Under the pieces are notes generated by a model that was not told where the DNA came from, did no database searches, and saw only the letters and a list, made by a program, of their open reading frames with translations. From positions 1,612,001 to 1,676,000 of the forward strand of contig NC_045702.1 in NCBI RefSeq assembly GCF_009834535.1: 64,000 bases of DNA, in the 5' to 3' direction. Shown piece by piece: positions 1 through 13,370 of this stretch. Position 1 is the stretch's first letter, and each line of letters begins with the position of its first letter. This stretch comes from Camelus ferus (lineage: Eukaryota). The position numbers and the translations under genes were made by a program.

Positions 1-1948
1 GTCAAGGCATAGTCCGTGGCTATACGGTGCCTGTCAGCGTGGTACTGTACTCAGAATGCCTGTGACTGAAGCAAGCAGTTGCCTGGTACTAAGAACATTA
101 GAAACCATCTCCAGGGAATCTGACTGCTCACAGTGTCATCCTCTTAGACCTGAGCCCTTGTTTATCATCATTCTTCTGTTCGACTAAGAATAGTGTAAGA
201 CTGTTCAGTATCTGGGAAGTTCCAGAGTTTATGAGGTTATATGGCTCCTTGAGGCTGGTTCTCAGTGTGAACATAATCACCCCTCATCACCCCCATCCCA
301 TTCTTTCTCTGACTACCAGAATATCTTTCCTTCTTCTGAAGGAGTGTAGAATTTAGTCTCCATAATATCCTTTAGCACTCAGTTATATATTACCTTGTTT
401 TATCCTTTTGTTATTTTGTATGTACCTTTATTTCACAAGAGGGACCACTATATCTTTATTCTTTTTTTTTTTAATGATCTTTGTGCTGATTAATTCACAG
501 ATTTTTGTGTCAGTTTTATAAGTAAATAAGCAGTTGCTTTACTGACTTCTGTTAAATTTTGGAAATCACAGGGTTTCCACCTGTGATGCTGGGCTAATAG
601 GCGATGCCATGTGAACACTTGAGGATTCCATTTACTAAAATTCCTTATGTTATCACACTAAACTTCTCAGAATTTTGAAAGAAGTCAGGCAGTAGTGCTT
701 GCTCTAGTGTACTGCTTGGCTCTCTGACTGCACTGAAATACTCCTTGGATTCTACAGTCACTTTTAAAGATGTTTTGGCATCAGGTTTCATAGATTATGG
801 ATGCAGAAGGGGGAAGAGATAGAGAATGAATGAATCATGTGCTGTTTTAGGGGGAATTAGGGAATGTTGAGCAGGAAAATAGGAGATATATTAGCTGCTT
901 TTTGAGTAACCATGGGGAGGGTGTAGTGAGGACCCTGGACCTGGTTGGTAGAGTGTTGGCAATAGAATTGGAATAGATATGAAGCTATTAAGACATTTTC
1001 AAGATATGATGGTTAACTGGTTGTGGGTACAACAGTATAAAAATTAATTGTGACTATGTTATTTTGTGGTTTCTGGTTTTAAAACTATTTTGGGCAGCCA
1101 ATTATTAAGAATGGAGATTGGACTAAGAGAATGGCCCAAATATGCCTTTGTCACTGAAGCGGGTGGGCACTCAGAATTCCAGAGAGCTGCACAGAGCCTC
1201 TGAGGGCAACCTCAGTTAGGTACTGAGGAGAAGGAGGGCCGGGGTGTTGTGCAATATTTTTGTAATTGGATCATAGTTTCTTTTGTCAGTAAGATTATGT
1301 GAGAGGATAAACAAGATGGCCAACAACCAGGAGAGAGGAAAAGGGTAGGTTGAGAAACACTGGAGCAAGGGCCACCTGCTACTTAAAGAAGACACAAAAC
1401 ATGATGAATTTCTGTCTGTAACTTGAATGAAGTGATGGCGTATTAAGGCAGTGGTATCTAAGGTGGTTTAGGATGGTCCAAGAGAATCCTCGTTATTACT
1501 AACGATAAACTCAAATTACAGCAAAGTACATGAGTTCTAAGGTTCTGAATTTTAATTTTATACAAAAAAAAATTTTTTTGCTCTTATCAACCAGAAAATT
1601 TCACTGACATTGTATAATACTAAATATACCATGATAGTGGTTCTAAGATTCTACTGAGTTTTGTTTTCTTGAGCACTAAATATTTGAAAATATTTAATTT
1701 ACGTATGGAAGTTTTGTTAATCAGGATTTTTGATCAATCATAGCACTCTGTTCTCTAACCATATTCTTTCCTGTCTGATTTAATGAGATTTAGATTTGGA
1801 TCTGTGCTGAAATAAACATAGTGCATTTTGAAAATCGTTTCTACTCAGTAATTGCTTCTTTGAGTTTATATTTTTGTTCATGTTTTTATTAAATTAATGA
1901 AACATTTTGTTGGAAGATAAAAATATTAATACTTGAACATTTTTGCAG

Positions 1949-1988
1949 ATGAACAAGAAGATGAAGATGCCATAGTCAACAGGATTTC
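1949..1988 (+). CDS. LMBR1: LMBR1 coding exon 3 (40 bp), (D)EQEDEDAIVNRI(S)
   Basis: ttttgcag|ATGAACAAGAAGATGAAGATGCCATAGTCAACAGGATTTC|gtatgt. The peptide matches recalled LMBR1 and the phase joins the next exon. Confidence 0.96.
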
Positions 1989-2707
1989 GTATGTATTTTA
2001 ATATTCAATTGTTCTGTTTCTAATTCTGAAGTCATAAATTTTCAAAATTTAATTCTATCTTTTGGGCAGAAATATGGAAAAAATTCACCCAAAGTATTAC
2101 AACACCCTTGGTAATATTAATCCTATCCTCAGAAAGCACATATAAGCAAATATACATGGGTAATTGAGGATTAATTATCTTTTGTTAAAATTTGCTTATT
2201 TAAGTAGCCAACAGATTTTTTATCTTCAGAAGATTTAACTAGGAAATGAGCTTAAGGTTGGGAAAATTGCTGGGCCATGAGAAAGCAAGCACTTGGCTGT
2301 CTGAGTGATCTTGGAACAGGGAGCAGACATCTGTTCTGGTCACTTGAACATTTACCTTCTGTGAGCAGACACATGGTCCCAGCTCGTCCTTTTACATTCC
2401 TTATAGCTCTCTATCTGCTTCTGTATGCTGCTCATATAGGACAGAAATACCCTTGAAAAAAGTTTTTGAGGTATCAAACTGGATGGAAGGCAGTGAATTC
2501 CTTTCTATCATATTTTGCTTAATTAAATTTGAAATTACACAGATACACCTACATAGGAGAGTATCTGTATTCCAGGAATTTTTTTTATTGATGCTTTAAA
2601 ACTTTTTTGAAATAAAATAGTTCCAAATTTATAGAAGAGTTAGAAATATAATACAGAATTTTTTTTCCCCTGAACTGTTTGAGAAGTTGCTGACTTGATG
2701 CTCTGAA

Positions 2708-3039
2708 CAGTTGACCTGCAGCTGCAGATTTGACCAACTACAGATCGAAAATATTTGGGGAAGAAAATCCCAGAAATTTTCATAAAAGGAAACTTGAATT
2801 TGCCATGCATTGGCAACTATTTACATGGTATTTACAACTTTCTGTATAACATCTTTATTGTGTTAGGTATTATAAGTAATCTAGAGATGATTTAAAGTCA
2901 GATGAGAGGACATGCATGGGTTATATGCAGACACCCCGCCTTTTATATGAGAGACTGGAGCATCTGTGGATTTTGGTGTGTGCGGGTTGTGAGGGCAGTG
3001 TTCTAGGAGCAGTCTCCTACGGATACCGGGGGATGACTG
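2708..3039 (-). mobile_element. MER2-type TcMar-Tigger non-autonomous DNA transposon
   Basis: Termini cagttgacc...ggataccgggggatgactg and internal TAAGTAATCTAGAGATGATTTAAAGT match the recalled MER2 consensus. Confidence 0.8.
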
Positions 3040-3454
3040 CGGTTCCTGTATGTGGCGCGTTCTCCCATAGATCTGCCACACGCCCAGGAAAACAGTGAGA
3101 TTAACACCAGCGCAGTACCAGTCACGCCCCATTCCAGTGTACCAGTTGTCCCAATAATGTTCTTTGCAGTGAAAAGGTCCAGTTCAGAATCACACACTGC
3201 AGGCAGTCGTGCCCTTTAGTTGCCTGCAGACTGAACCGCTTCTGCAGTGTTTCCTTGACTTCCCTGACCTTGATGCTTCTGCAGATTACAGACCAGTTAT
3301 TTGGGTTTGTCTGTTGTTTCTTTATAGTTTGTATAAGATGATGCATTTGCTGCTGAGGGATGGAGGAGAGGAGGGGAGGAGAGGGGAGGAGGGAGAGAGA
3401 CTGTGTGCACTTATGCTTGTACACACACGTGCACTTTCTCAGGCACTGGACTGT

Positions 3455-3815
3455 TACTCAGCCTAAAAAGGAATGACGCACTGGCACAGGCTACAGCATA
3501 AGAAGCCTCAGAGCATTGGGCCGAATGAAGGAAGCCAGACACGGAGGCCACGGGGTGTACGACTCCGTTTATGAGAAATACCCAGAATAGGAACATCCAC
3601 CAAAAGCAGCTCGGTGGTTACCAGGGGCTGCGGTGGGGAGAAAGTGGGGAGCAGCTGCTTGATGGGTGTGGGCTTTGTTTTGGGGTGAAGACAGTGTTCT
3701 GGAATGAGAAAGGGGGCTTGCACAATACTGTCAGTGCATTAAATGCCACTGAATTGCTCACTTTAAAATGGTTAATTTTGTTATGTAAATTTTACCTCAA
3801 TAAATAAATAAATAC
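3455..3815 (+). mobile_element. Old L1 (L1MB-like) 3' end
   Basis: AATGCCACTGAATTG...CACTTTAAAATGGTTAATTTTGTTATGTAAATTTTACCTCAATAAATAAATAAA is a typical L1M 3' UTR and tail. Confidence 0.8.
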
Positions 3816-6109
3816 TTTCAACTAATAAAAGACTTTAATAGGGCTGATCTGATTGATAACTGAAAAATGAATGCAAATGGACCCCACTTTACTAGATTTG
3901 GTCATTTAAATTATTTTAAATGCCCTAGGAAAAATGACTGTAACTTCACTTTGGGAATTCCATTGGGAATTATGACTGTAACTTAGGCCCATAGCTTGAT
4001 GGTTTAAATTTATAGGATTAGGGGGTCTTAGTTTTATTCCTGGCACCATGACGTTTGTGAAAAATTCTTAAGTGAATTATCTTTTTTTTCTAAATTACTC
4101 CTCCTATGAAGACAGAATAATTCACTGCACTTACCTCAACAAGCCGCATGAGTCAGCCTGACTGAAGGGCAGATGTTAACATCTGCCCCAGTGCAGTCCT
4201 CCAGGTGTGACGTACCTGTGAGGTACGCACCTCTCTCCTCTCCTTTTAGTCTGGGTTCCACTTTTGATGGTAAATCTATTCTACTGCGTTTGTAAATCAG
4301 GAATTTATAAAAAGGCAAGAACACACCACTTTGGCCTTTACCTTTGCGGTGTATTTTATGAAAGTACGGCTGTTTCCTTGCTTGGGGGCGGCCTTACCTG
4401 CTTTGCCACAGCACTGGGGTGGCCTGTCTGAGGGGTTTGGATTTCCCCAGCAGCTGGTTTCCGCATCGCAGTGACGCACACGGATGTCCTCTTCCCGAAG
4501 GCAGATGTGTGTGCCCTTCTAAGGTCAGGAAGGGAAGCATGGAGGAGAAGTCATCTGAGAGGGTGGATCTGACCTCTTCTGCCCCTAGGTCACCCCACCT
4601 GTGGCCTCTTTTGTCTTTCACTGCCTTTTTTCCTTTCTGTGGGGGAATGAGTGAGAACTGAAGACTTAGGGAGATCTGGGTTCAAATTCTGAACTCAAGA
4701 TTAACCAGGATCCAGAAGACTCAGAGAGAGCCATCTTCTCCACATGTGAGCTAGAACCTCCCCCTGCTCTGTGCTGCTGTGTTGATTACATGGAGAAGAA
4801 AGTTAACTAGGGGCGGTGCTTGGCATGTAGTCGGTGGGAGCTCAGGGTGGCTCCTTCTCCTCCACCCTCTTTCTTGCCTTACCTCCTTCCGCTGAAGAGC
4901 AAGAAGCAGAATGAGAGATTGTGCTTAACTGAGGAGGGAAAAAGTGGAAGTCCTCAGTCTTCCGGAAGAGTTCAGGCAAGGTCCGCAGTGTAGGCAATTG
5001 CCCGCACCGCCCGGCCACTTGGGAGAGGGGTTCTCCATGACTTACTCAAGCGCCCACGTCAAACTGAGAAGTCTTCTTTGGCCTTCCTCACCTCCCTTTG
5101 AGAACCCACCTTCACCTTCTCTTTTGCTTCCTGAATGCCTTCATTCTGTCCACTACTCATGCCCCCAGCTTAACTCTCTCTGTCCTTTTCAACTCCCAAG
5201 TTACATTTTCTCTCAAGTTGGATTTGATTTAGATTAAAGTGATTAATAGAAAAGCAGCACCTAACTGGTGACGGGTTTGGAGGATGGCTCGTGAGGCCAG
5301 GTGGGTGAGGAGGGTTTCCACGTGGGAGGGAGGCCTGGCACGGGGGTCAGAGCCCGAGGGAGTGACCTGGTGTTTACTCTTAGGATCTGAGAGGAGGAGA
5401 GAGGTTTCCTGCAGAGGGAAATCCTGGCATGGATGTCACTCCACGGAGGTGGAGAGGGGCACCCACACGTGTTGGGGAGTGCTCTGTCACAGGGAGAGCC
5501 CACGCAGGGTGGGGAGGGTGCCCATGTGGGATGACAGAGCCCAAGGAGACTGAGGAGGGTGTTGCCAGAGGGGTGGCACCTTGACTGGTGTGAGCAGAGA
5601 CCATGACCAGTAATGGGGCATTCAGGACTCGTGGGGCACCTGGCAGCCTGCAGAGAGGAGGACGAAGTGCAGCTTCTGTGACTTCCTGCCTCGTGGACCT
5701 GCCAGGCTCCACAAATCCAGGCGGGGTCCCTTGTATCCCTCACCAACCTGCTCGGGTTGGTGCCTTTTCTGTCACAGCTCCCAGTTTCAGTTGGGAGAGA
5801 GTCTGTCATCCCCAGCCCCTCTCTCACCCTGCGCCAGGAAGTCCTGTTGGCTCTGTCCTCAGAATCTGCTCTGTTTCAGAAGGTGACATTTCTGAAACTG
5901 CCTTTCAGTTCTGAGGCTCACTTTTCCAAGGTTGTGTAAGCGATGACCAGGGCTGCCCTTCTCCAACCTGACCCAGTTGAAGACCCCTTGCCAGCTTTTT
6001 TCTCTGTCCTGTCAACCTTGTATGGATAGCTCTCCTCACAGCCACTCATTTTTGTATCTCTAGGGCCAGTCACAATACCCAAAGTGCAGTAGCTCTACGA
6101 GGTTTTTTT

Positions 6110-6250
6110 TCCCCCTGCATTTTTTTGGATGGGGGGTGGTAAATAGTTTTATTTATTTATTTTTGATTTTAGAAGAGGTACTGGGGCTTGAACCCAGGGC
6201 CTCGTGCATGCTAAGCATGCGCTCTACCACTGGAGTTATCCCTCCCCCCC
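6110..6250 (-). mobile_element. Camelid tRNA-derived SINE (Vic-1-like)
   Basis: The reverse complement reads GGGGAGGGATAACTCCAGTGGTAGAGCGCATGCTTAGCATGCACGAGGCCCTGGGTTCAAGCCCCAGTACCTC (A/B boxes) followed by an AAATA-rich tail. Confidence 0.85.
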
Positions 6251-7016
6251 AACTCTTTTGTTGAAAGAGCCAGTTCTGTAGTTGCAGTGACATCCATTCA
6301 GGCTTTTCTGGATCACTTGTGATCTCTTTGCCCTCATAAGCTTACTCCTTGGTCAGATTACACACAGATCCAGGTTTTAGATTTGGGAGCCATGGTTGGC
6401 CTTCACTGCTGGGTGTTTGGTCAGTGTCATGAGAGCCAGGAGGAGAGGGACTGACTTCACGGAGAGGAGAGAGAAGGGAGACGCTGAGGAGTGCTTCCCG
6501 GGGCAGATGGCGCACGTGACACCCCAGGGAGAGAGCCACCGGGCTGGGGGCACGGGGCCGTAAAGCCCACTTGGGGCGCAAGGAGGTTAGGCAAGCCTAA
6601 CTGTAGTGGGGAGCCGTCGTGGCGAGAGGAGCCTGGACGGGCGTGTTGGGATAGCTGCGCAGGGCCTGGGGGGCGATGGTGGATTTGATCTTAATCTCAG
6701 TGTTGGAAGAAGGAAGGAATGGTAGCGATGAGGATGCCTTCCTCACGTGACTTGTGAGGGCAGAAATGATGGTCGCTTGAGGTCGCTGGTGGGTGCGTAC
6801 TGGAGCTGGCAGTGGGCCTGAGACGAAGGTGTTTTTCTCGGGAAGTGTGTTGTCCATTGAGCAAATCCAGCTTGTGGGACTTCACCTCTGTCTGAACTGA
6901 ATTGTGTTTTTGGTGTGTATTGTGTGGTCTACGTTAAAAAGTTTATCTGTGATTTACTGAACAGAGGAGGTTTCATGGTTATTTTTGGCTGTTAAGTAGG
7001 AAAACACTTCTGTTGG

Positions 7017-7035
7017 TGGCCACAAGGTGGCACTG
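7017..7035 (+). promoter_or_regulatory. CTCF-like motif in intron 3
   Basis: TGGCCACAAGGTGGCACTG closely fits the CTCF consensus TGGCCACCAGGGGGCGCTA. It lies 0.82 kb 5' of exon 4. Confidence 0.7.
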
Positions 7036-7857
7036 GCTTCACAGTTACTCTGTTAGATGAGCGTTTTGAGTGTTCTGTATGCTTTTTTTCTTCTATCTTC
7101 TTACATGTATTTTCATATTCTTTCTACATTAAATATATGGAATAGTTATTAAAGTTTCATCTCTGTTGTTGGTGAAGTTCCCTTTTACTTTGCTATTTTA
7201 GTCTTTTGAAAAATCTTTAAAAAATTTATATAAAATTTTAAACATTTGAGACATACAACTGAGAAAGAAAACCCCTATATAATCTCCCTCTCCTTTGGGT
7301 TATTACATATGATGCTAGATTTTTTTATGTACCTCTATTTTCCTGTGTGTAAATATGCATTTTGGGGGGGGAGGGTGCAGGGGGAGAGTATGTTTTATAT
7401 TTTTTGTCCATGCTTTTCTTCATTTTGGGGGGACTTAATTTCTTTTAGACATGTTTCCATATTAGTAAATGCTAGATATTATTTTTAAAAATGACAAAAT
7501 TGTTTTAAAAATGTTGTTTAAAATATAATTCTGTTGAATAGTTCCCTGCAGTTTACTAGTATAATTTATTTGACATTTACCCATTTTAAGAGGTAGTACA
7601 CCAATGGTTTTGTAAGTTCTTTCTTCCTGAAATAATCATTTTAAATTAATTTGTTTCTCATCCTGTTTTCCTAGTATTTTTTTCACGTGAAACAGTTGTT
7701 GCATTGCTGTTAGCCTATATTGCCAAAGTTGTTAATTAATGCATATGTAATTCTTTTTGGATTTAAACATGTGAGAGCTTGGAGTCTACTCTTTGAGTTA
7801 CTCCCACAGTCCTTGCTGTTTCCGATCGCTGGTGACGAGGACTCTCTTCTCTTCCAG

Positions 7858-7997
7858 GTTGTTTCTGAGCACGTTCACTCTAGCAGTTTCGGCTGGGGCT
7901 GTTTTGCTTTTACCCTTCTCAATAATCAGCAATGAAATCCTGCTTGCTTTTCCTCAGAACTACTATATTCAGTGGCTAAATGGCTCCCTGATTCATG
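7858..7997 (+). CDS. LMBR1: LMBR1 coding exon 4 (140 bp), (S)LFLSTFTLAVSAGAVLLLPFSIISNEILLAFPQNYYIQWLNGSLIH(G)
   Basis: cttccag|GTTGTTTCTG...ATTCATG|gttagt. Contained in track ORF 7793-8002. This is the exon lost in human acheiropodia deletions. Confidence 0.98.
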
Positions 7998-8750
7998 GTT
8001 AGTATATATTGCTTAATATAATCTCAATTAATGTTTTAATTTTTTACTGTACTGTATTTGAAAAGTTTCCTTTTCTTAGTTTCCTTCATAATTTGCATCT
8101 TCCTCCAGTAAACCATTTGAGTTCTTAATATAATCACAAGACCAGATTTTACTAAGTATTCCTATTCTTGGTTTTAAAAGACTTCTACAAGAAGCAATTT
8201 TTATATGTATTGTGATTTTGATAAATGCATTTTCATTTAAACATTTAGCATGAGAATTTTGGTTTATGTGAATATGTCAGAAGAATTCAACCTCCATTTA
8301 GGACCTGCAAAAAACCCCACCATAGTTTCTATTTTATTTATTTGCTGTTAGTTTCTTCAGTCATTTCAAAATGTATGATAGGAGGGGGAAACTAAAATGA
8401 AGCACAATCTTTGAAGTTAATGTGGTTTAAAACAATGATGACTTACTTATTTTGACAACGTGGTCTGTTGCTTTGAAGCAAAATGACCTGAATTCCAGTC
8501 TTGGCTCTGTCATTTTCTGGAATTTTTGGTGAGGTAGGACATTTTAATTTTAATTTTAATTTCTAAGGTACATAAAAAGCTCTGATATACAACTTTTTAA
8601 TATGTTTTATTATCTTTTGCTTCTTTTTTTTTCATATTGAATTATGTGATCTCCTTAATTGTGAAACACCAGCTCTATCAGATTTTTGGAAATGTGTTTT
8701 TCTAGTTGTTATTTTACTTTTTAATTTTGCTTTTTTGATTACAGAATTTT

Positions 8751-8807
8751 TAAAAATCCGTGTTTTTTATTGAAGTGTAGTTGATTTACAATGTCAGTTT
8801 GATGTTA
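8751..8807 (-). mobile_element. Ultra-short L1 3'-tail insertion with 13-bp TSD
   Basis: ttttttattgaagtgtagttgatttacaatg flanked by attacagaatttt at 8738-8750 and 8808-8820. Confidence 0.75.
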
Positions 8808-11089
8808 ATTACAGAATTTTGCATTTTTATGTTGTCCAGTCTTTTTTTTCCTTTGGTTTCTCTAATTGTTTTTGTGTTTAGAAGCTCTTTCCCTTCCTGA
8901 GATGGAACAAATATTCCTTTTTTTTTCTCTTGTTCTTTAAAAAATGGTTTTATTTAGTTAAGTATTTAATCCGTCTGGAGTTTCTACAGTTAACTACCTT
9001 TTCTCTCACCCCGTGTGTGTGTTTAAAGAAATGCATATTTGTTATAGAAAATTTGGAATACAAGATTTGCAGTGAGGAAAATTAATATTACCCACAGTCC
9101 TACAACTCAGGGAGCTCCTATGGACACTGTGGCCTGCAGCCTTTCAGTGGTGTGTGTGCGCTTGTGAACATATCACCAGTTAAATAGTGAGGTGGGACCC
9201 TGGTATACTCACGGGTGATTTGTGTCTGCATTCAGCAGCGTATAGTGGGGAGGTTTCCATGGCAGGAAATATTTCTCTGTGCTATTTACAGTATCACCTA
9301 GAGCCACTATAATCCTGAAGCATTTTCAGTTCTTTAATTAGCAAAGCTACCTTGTACATCTTTACAAATAAATATTCATCTTTAGGACAAATTTCTGCAG
9401 TTTACTTTGCCAGTAAGCATACTTTATTTAAAGGCTTTGAAAAGATTATTTCCCAATTATTCCTCAGAAAAACCGTCTGAATTTTACTAGCAGTTTCATT
9501 TCATGTAGTATGTGAGTTTCTATTTCCAAAATGAATCTTCACCAATTTGGGGTGTTAGTTAAAAAAACCCTACCAATTCAATAGATGAGAAATTTCCTTT
9601 TTAAAATCTGCATTTTTAAAATTATTCTTGAGGGTGGACATTTACAAAACATATTTATAGGTCATTTGTATTTGTCTTTTTAGTAAGTTGCCTTGTATTT
9701 CCTTTGCCTATTTTTGCAGTGTTTTTAAGTAATTAGCTCTTTATCAGGTTAATTGCAAACATATCCTTCCCAATGTCCTTTAATACTGCTTATTCTGTTT
9801 CTTGACCTGAAGAATTTTAACATTTAGTCTGTCACATACTTTACACTGGGCTTGTGGTTTCTGTCACGCTTGAAACTGGAAACAAATGGAGTCATTGATA
9901 CTCCGAAGACCAAAGAATTTGGTAAAGTTAGGACTAATTATTAAATGAATAAAGAGAAATTATTCCTTTTTTGTTGCTCAGCAATTGAAAAACTCAAGCA
10001 AACTAAGGTCTTTACTTAAATTGACACAGAAAGTCAGTCATCTACTGAAAAGTTATTATGAAAGGCCGGAGACAACCTGGAAAGTAAATGAGAGTTGTTT
10101 TTATCAGTGGTCAGTTGAAAAATATATTTATCAATCATTTTTCTGATGAATTATTTTTAGATGACAGTGCTGTTTGTTATTATCCAACGCTTAGATGATA
10201 CATAATTTACAGGTGTTTTTTGCATGTGTTGTTTGAAGTGTTTGTCAGAGACTGTTCGGCGCTGTCCCCTCTGGCCCCAGCTTTCTGCAGGGGTGTCCTC
10301 CTGTGGTGCATATGTGTTTGCACTTGCACTGGAGTACAGGTGGTCTCAGGCCAGGCTAACTGGTATTATAAGTGTACTGGCCTTTGTTTCCAGCTTTACT
10401 AAATAGAAATTTCATGATATCCTTAATGACCTTCAAATACTCTAAATCAGGGCTATTTCTTTTATTCTGTTTATAGACTGGGCCTTTATTCTGTTTATAA
10501 GTAAGGGCTACCAATATATGACATACTGTGTATTTAATGCTAGATATTATGTATTTGTTTGTATTGTCGTTTTTCTCATTATAGTGTAAGGTGTATAAGC
10601 TCAGGTATGGTATTTTGTTATAAATCGCGGTCTAGGACAGTGCTTCCCGCATAGTGGTAGCCCAGTAAATGTGTTCAGTGAGTAGATAGACTGTATGATA
10701 AATAATAGCTTTAACCTCCAGTGCATCACATCAGCTGCAAGTTGGGGACCTGGAGGAAGAGCCTTCTAAATTATATCATCACTTTGAGATGTATTCTCAG
10801 AAATAGGTCTTAGGAACCTAAGCTGTCAGCTCTGGAGATTGTTCTTGAGGGCTTTATGACCCCTGACTTTGTTTCTGCTTCTGATTTTTTGGTAGATCTG
10901 TATCCTTTGCCGCGTGTGATGAATTTCATAGAGCTTCATGTTTATCTTTCTTTTCTGAGTTCATAGTTTGGTTTGAGCTTGCGGATGACGTCCCAGGGAA
11001 TGTTCATTTCCTTGGATGGTCTTGGGGCTGGAGATTCGTCAACCCTAGATACCTTGCTTCTTTGCTTTTAGATGATAGCCGTTCATGGG

Positions 11090-13370
11090 ACCAGCTGTCA
11101 TAGAGGAGGCCCAGGAGAGCCCATGGTACAGTTCCAGCCTGAGTTTGAAGCCCTCGGTGGTGGCAGTAGACAGGACCACTTTGGTGACTGTGAGTCTGAG
11201 TTGTTGAGCCTACACAGTAACCTCCGTCCCTGCTGCCATTTTCTCATGAGCCCACTGGGTGATTACGGGGGCCGTGGGAGAGAGAGGATAAGTTCATTTT
11301 ATACACTTTAATACTAAATCCTCCTCTCCTGAGGTTCCCCTTTAGTTAGCAGTCACATGGGATACAAATATCTTCACATTTTTTTCCCATTGAGAGTAGT
11401 CTGTCTGCACACCTTGTCTCCAAATGTCCTTGTTAACCAGTTTTCCAGTCATGTTCCTTCCAAGTCCCTGACCGCCCAGCCAAACCATTGGTCACAGCTG
11501 GTGAGTGTATAACCGCATGTCTGGCCACTTTCCCTTCCAAGCAGAGTGATCTGTCAGGTGCACTGGGAGGATTTCGCCTCACTGTCCTTTGGAGATGTTG
11601 CAGGGAGGGGCCGTGGCGCTGCAACTGTCCACCTGGGGGCGGTGTCTGCCCATTGAGCAGATCCATCTGTGACCCAGGCGGTGTCTCCTGTCCCTCCACC
11701 AGATGGTCAGAACTCCCCTGGATGCCACAGGTGCAGGCAGGGGAGAGAAAGGCAGAGTGGCAGCAGGGCTATGGGTGTCTCAGCCACTTCGTGAGGCTCT
11801 GGCCTGGTCGCGTGTACACCACTTCCGCCTGATGTTGGAGGGTCGCTGTGCATGCCCACCGTCATGGCTTGGTGGGTCAGGTCAACATAACACCTAGTTC
11901 ATGATGGACAGCTCGGGTCGCATGGTAACTTGGTGGTCAAGTATTCAGTCTCCACTAAGGCCTGACAGCAAACCAGTGGCTGTTTCTCAGAAGGAAGGCA
12001 GTTATCTGCAGGAGATGGCAGGGCTTTGCGCCGAAATCCCAAGGGCCTGGGCTGTGACTCACCTGTGGGGCTGCCGATGGCTCCAGACAGCATCCCAGTC
12101 TGCTGCCGGCACTTCAGGCCCCTTGCACCTGCTGCTGGGTCATAGGTCTGAGGTCAGAGCAGCCTGGACCTCGTGCCAAGCCTTCTCTCGTCTTGGCCCC
12201 ACTCAAAAACAGCAGCTTTTTGGGTCACTCAGGAAATAGGCCAGAGTAACACCTCAGGTGAGGAATACGTTACCTCCAAAGTCCAGAGAAACCACCAAGT
12301 ACTGGGCCTTTCTTTTGGTTGTAGGAGAGACCAGATGCAGTAGTCCTTAGAAGGGTGTCTTGACTTGGCCCACCCCACTGGACCCCTAGAAATTTCACTG
12401 AAGTAGAAGACTCCTGGATTTTTGTTAGATTTATTTTCCACCCTGTCATGAAAATGTCTTAGCGATAAGTCTAGAGTAGTTGCTACTTCTTACTCACCGG
12501 GTCTGGTTAGCATAATGCCGTCAATGCAGGGGAATGCCACGTAGTCTCCTGGAAGGGAATGGTGGTCCAGATCCCTGCAAACAAAACCGTGCCATAGGTC
12601 AGGAGGGGTGGTGTGCCCTGAGCTCGGACAGTGAAGGTGTATTGCTTGTTTTGCCAGCTGAAAGCAGACTGCTTCTGGTGGGCCTTGTGGACAGGGAGGG
12701 AGAAAAGCATTTGTCACATCAGTAGCCGCATGCCAGGTACCAGGAGGTGTGTTACTTTACCCAGGTGGTGAAACCATACCTGCTATGGCAGCTGCAGTTA
12801 GAGCCACCATCTGGTTAGGCTTACAGCAGCCACTGTCGTTCTCCAAGACCTGTCTTTCTTGGGGATGTGGGAGTCACCACCCCCTCCTCTTTCCAGTGCT
12901 TGGCTGCGCTAATTCCCGCACTACCTTCGGGAATGTGGGGCTGCTTTTTGTTTACTGTTTTCCTAGTTAGAGGCCGTTCCAGTGGCTTCTGCTTCGCCTT
13001 TCTCGCTGGAATCCACAGGTCAGGGCGCCATTGTGGGGATTCTGCCTGCTTTTGAGGCTGTACATCCCAATTATGCATTCTGGACCTGGGGAAATAACCA
13101 GAGAACAGGTTCAGGGACACCCCCCCCCCCATGAAACATGTGGGACTGGAGCTGAAACTCTCCCGGCCACCTGACCTCCACAAGCCCCTGCTCTGTCATG
13201 TGGACCTCAGTGATGTTTTGGGTCTCCTGGAATTAGTGTCAGTTAGGAGCCAGTGTTTAGCAGTCCCTGCAAAGTCTGATCATTTCTTTTATCCTAGTGC
13301 AGTTATAACTTCCTTTTTCATTTGTTAATCATTTACCATCTTGTGACATTTATGGGATTTTCTTGAATTA
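11090..13370 (-). mobile_element. ERVL (class III) pro-pol fragment, degenerate
   Basis: Minus-strand peptides match ERVL protease, RT, RNase H and early integrase: LTLIPGDPKHH, KAKQKPLERPLTRKTVNKKQPHIPEG, LFSLPVHKAHQKQSAFSWQNKQYTFTV, GESQPRPLGFRRKALPS, ALVETEYLT, AVTNGLAGRSGTWKEHDWKTG and VKIFVSHV. Many stops and frameshifts. Confidence 0.9.

Noticed and set aside
5261-5914. Overlapping 100-190 aa ORFs
   Set aside because: GC-rich sequence with few stops and no recognisable protein motif or splice structure. Possibly old repeat, but I could not assign a family.
6170-6250. tRNA-like sequence (also 46910-46985)
   Set aside because: It has A/B boxes but a degenerate acceptor stem and an AT-rich tail, so it is a SINE and not a tRNA gene.
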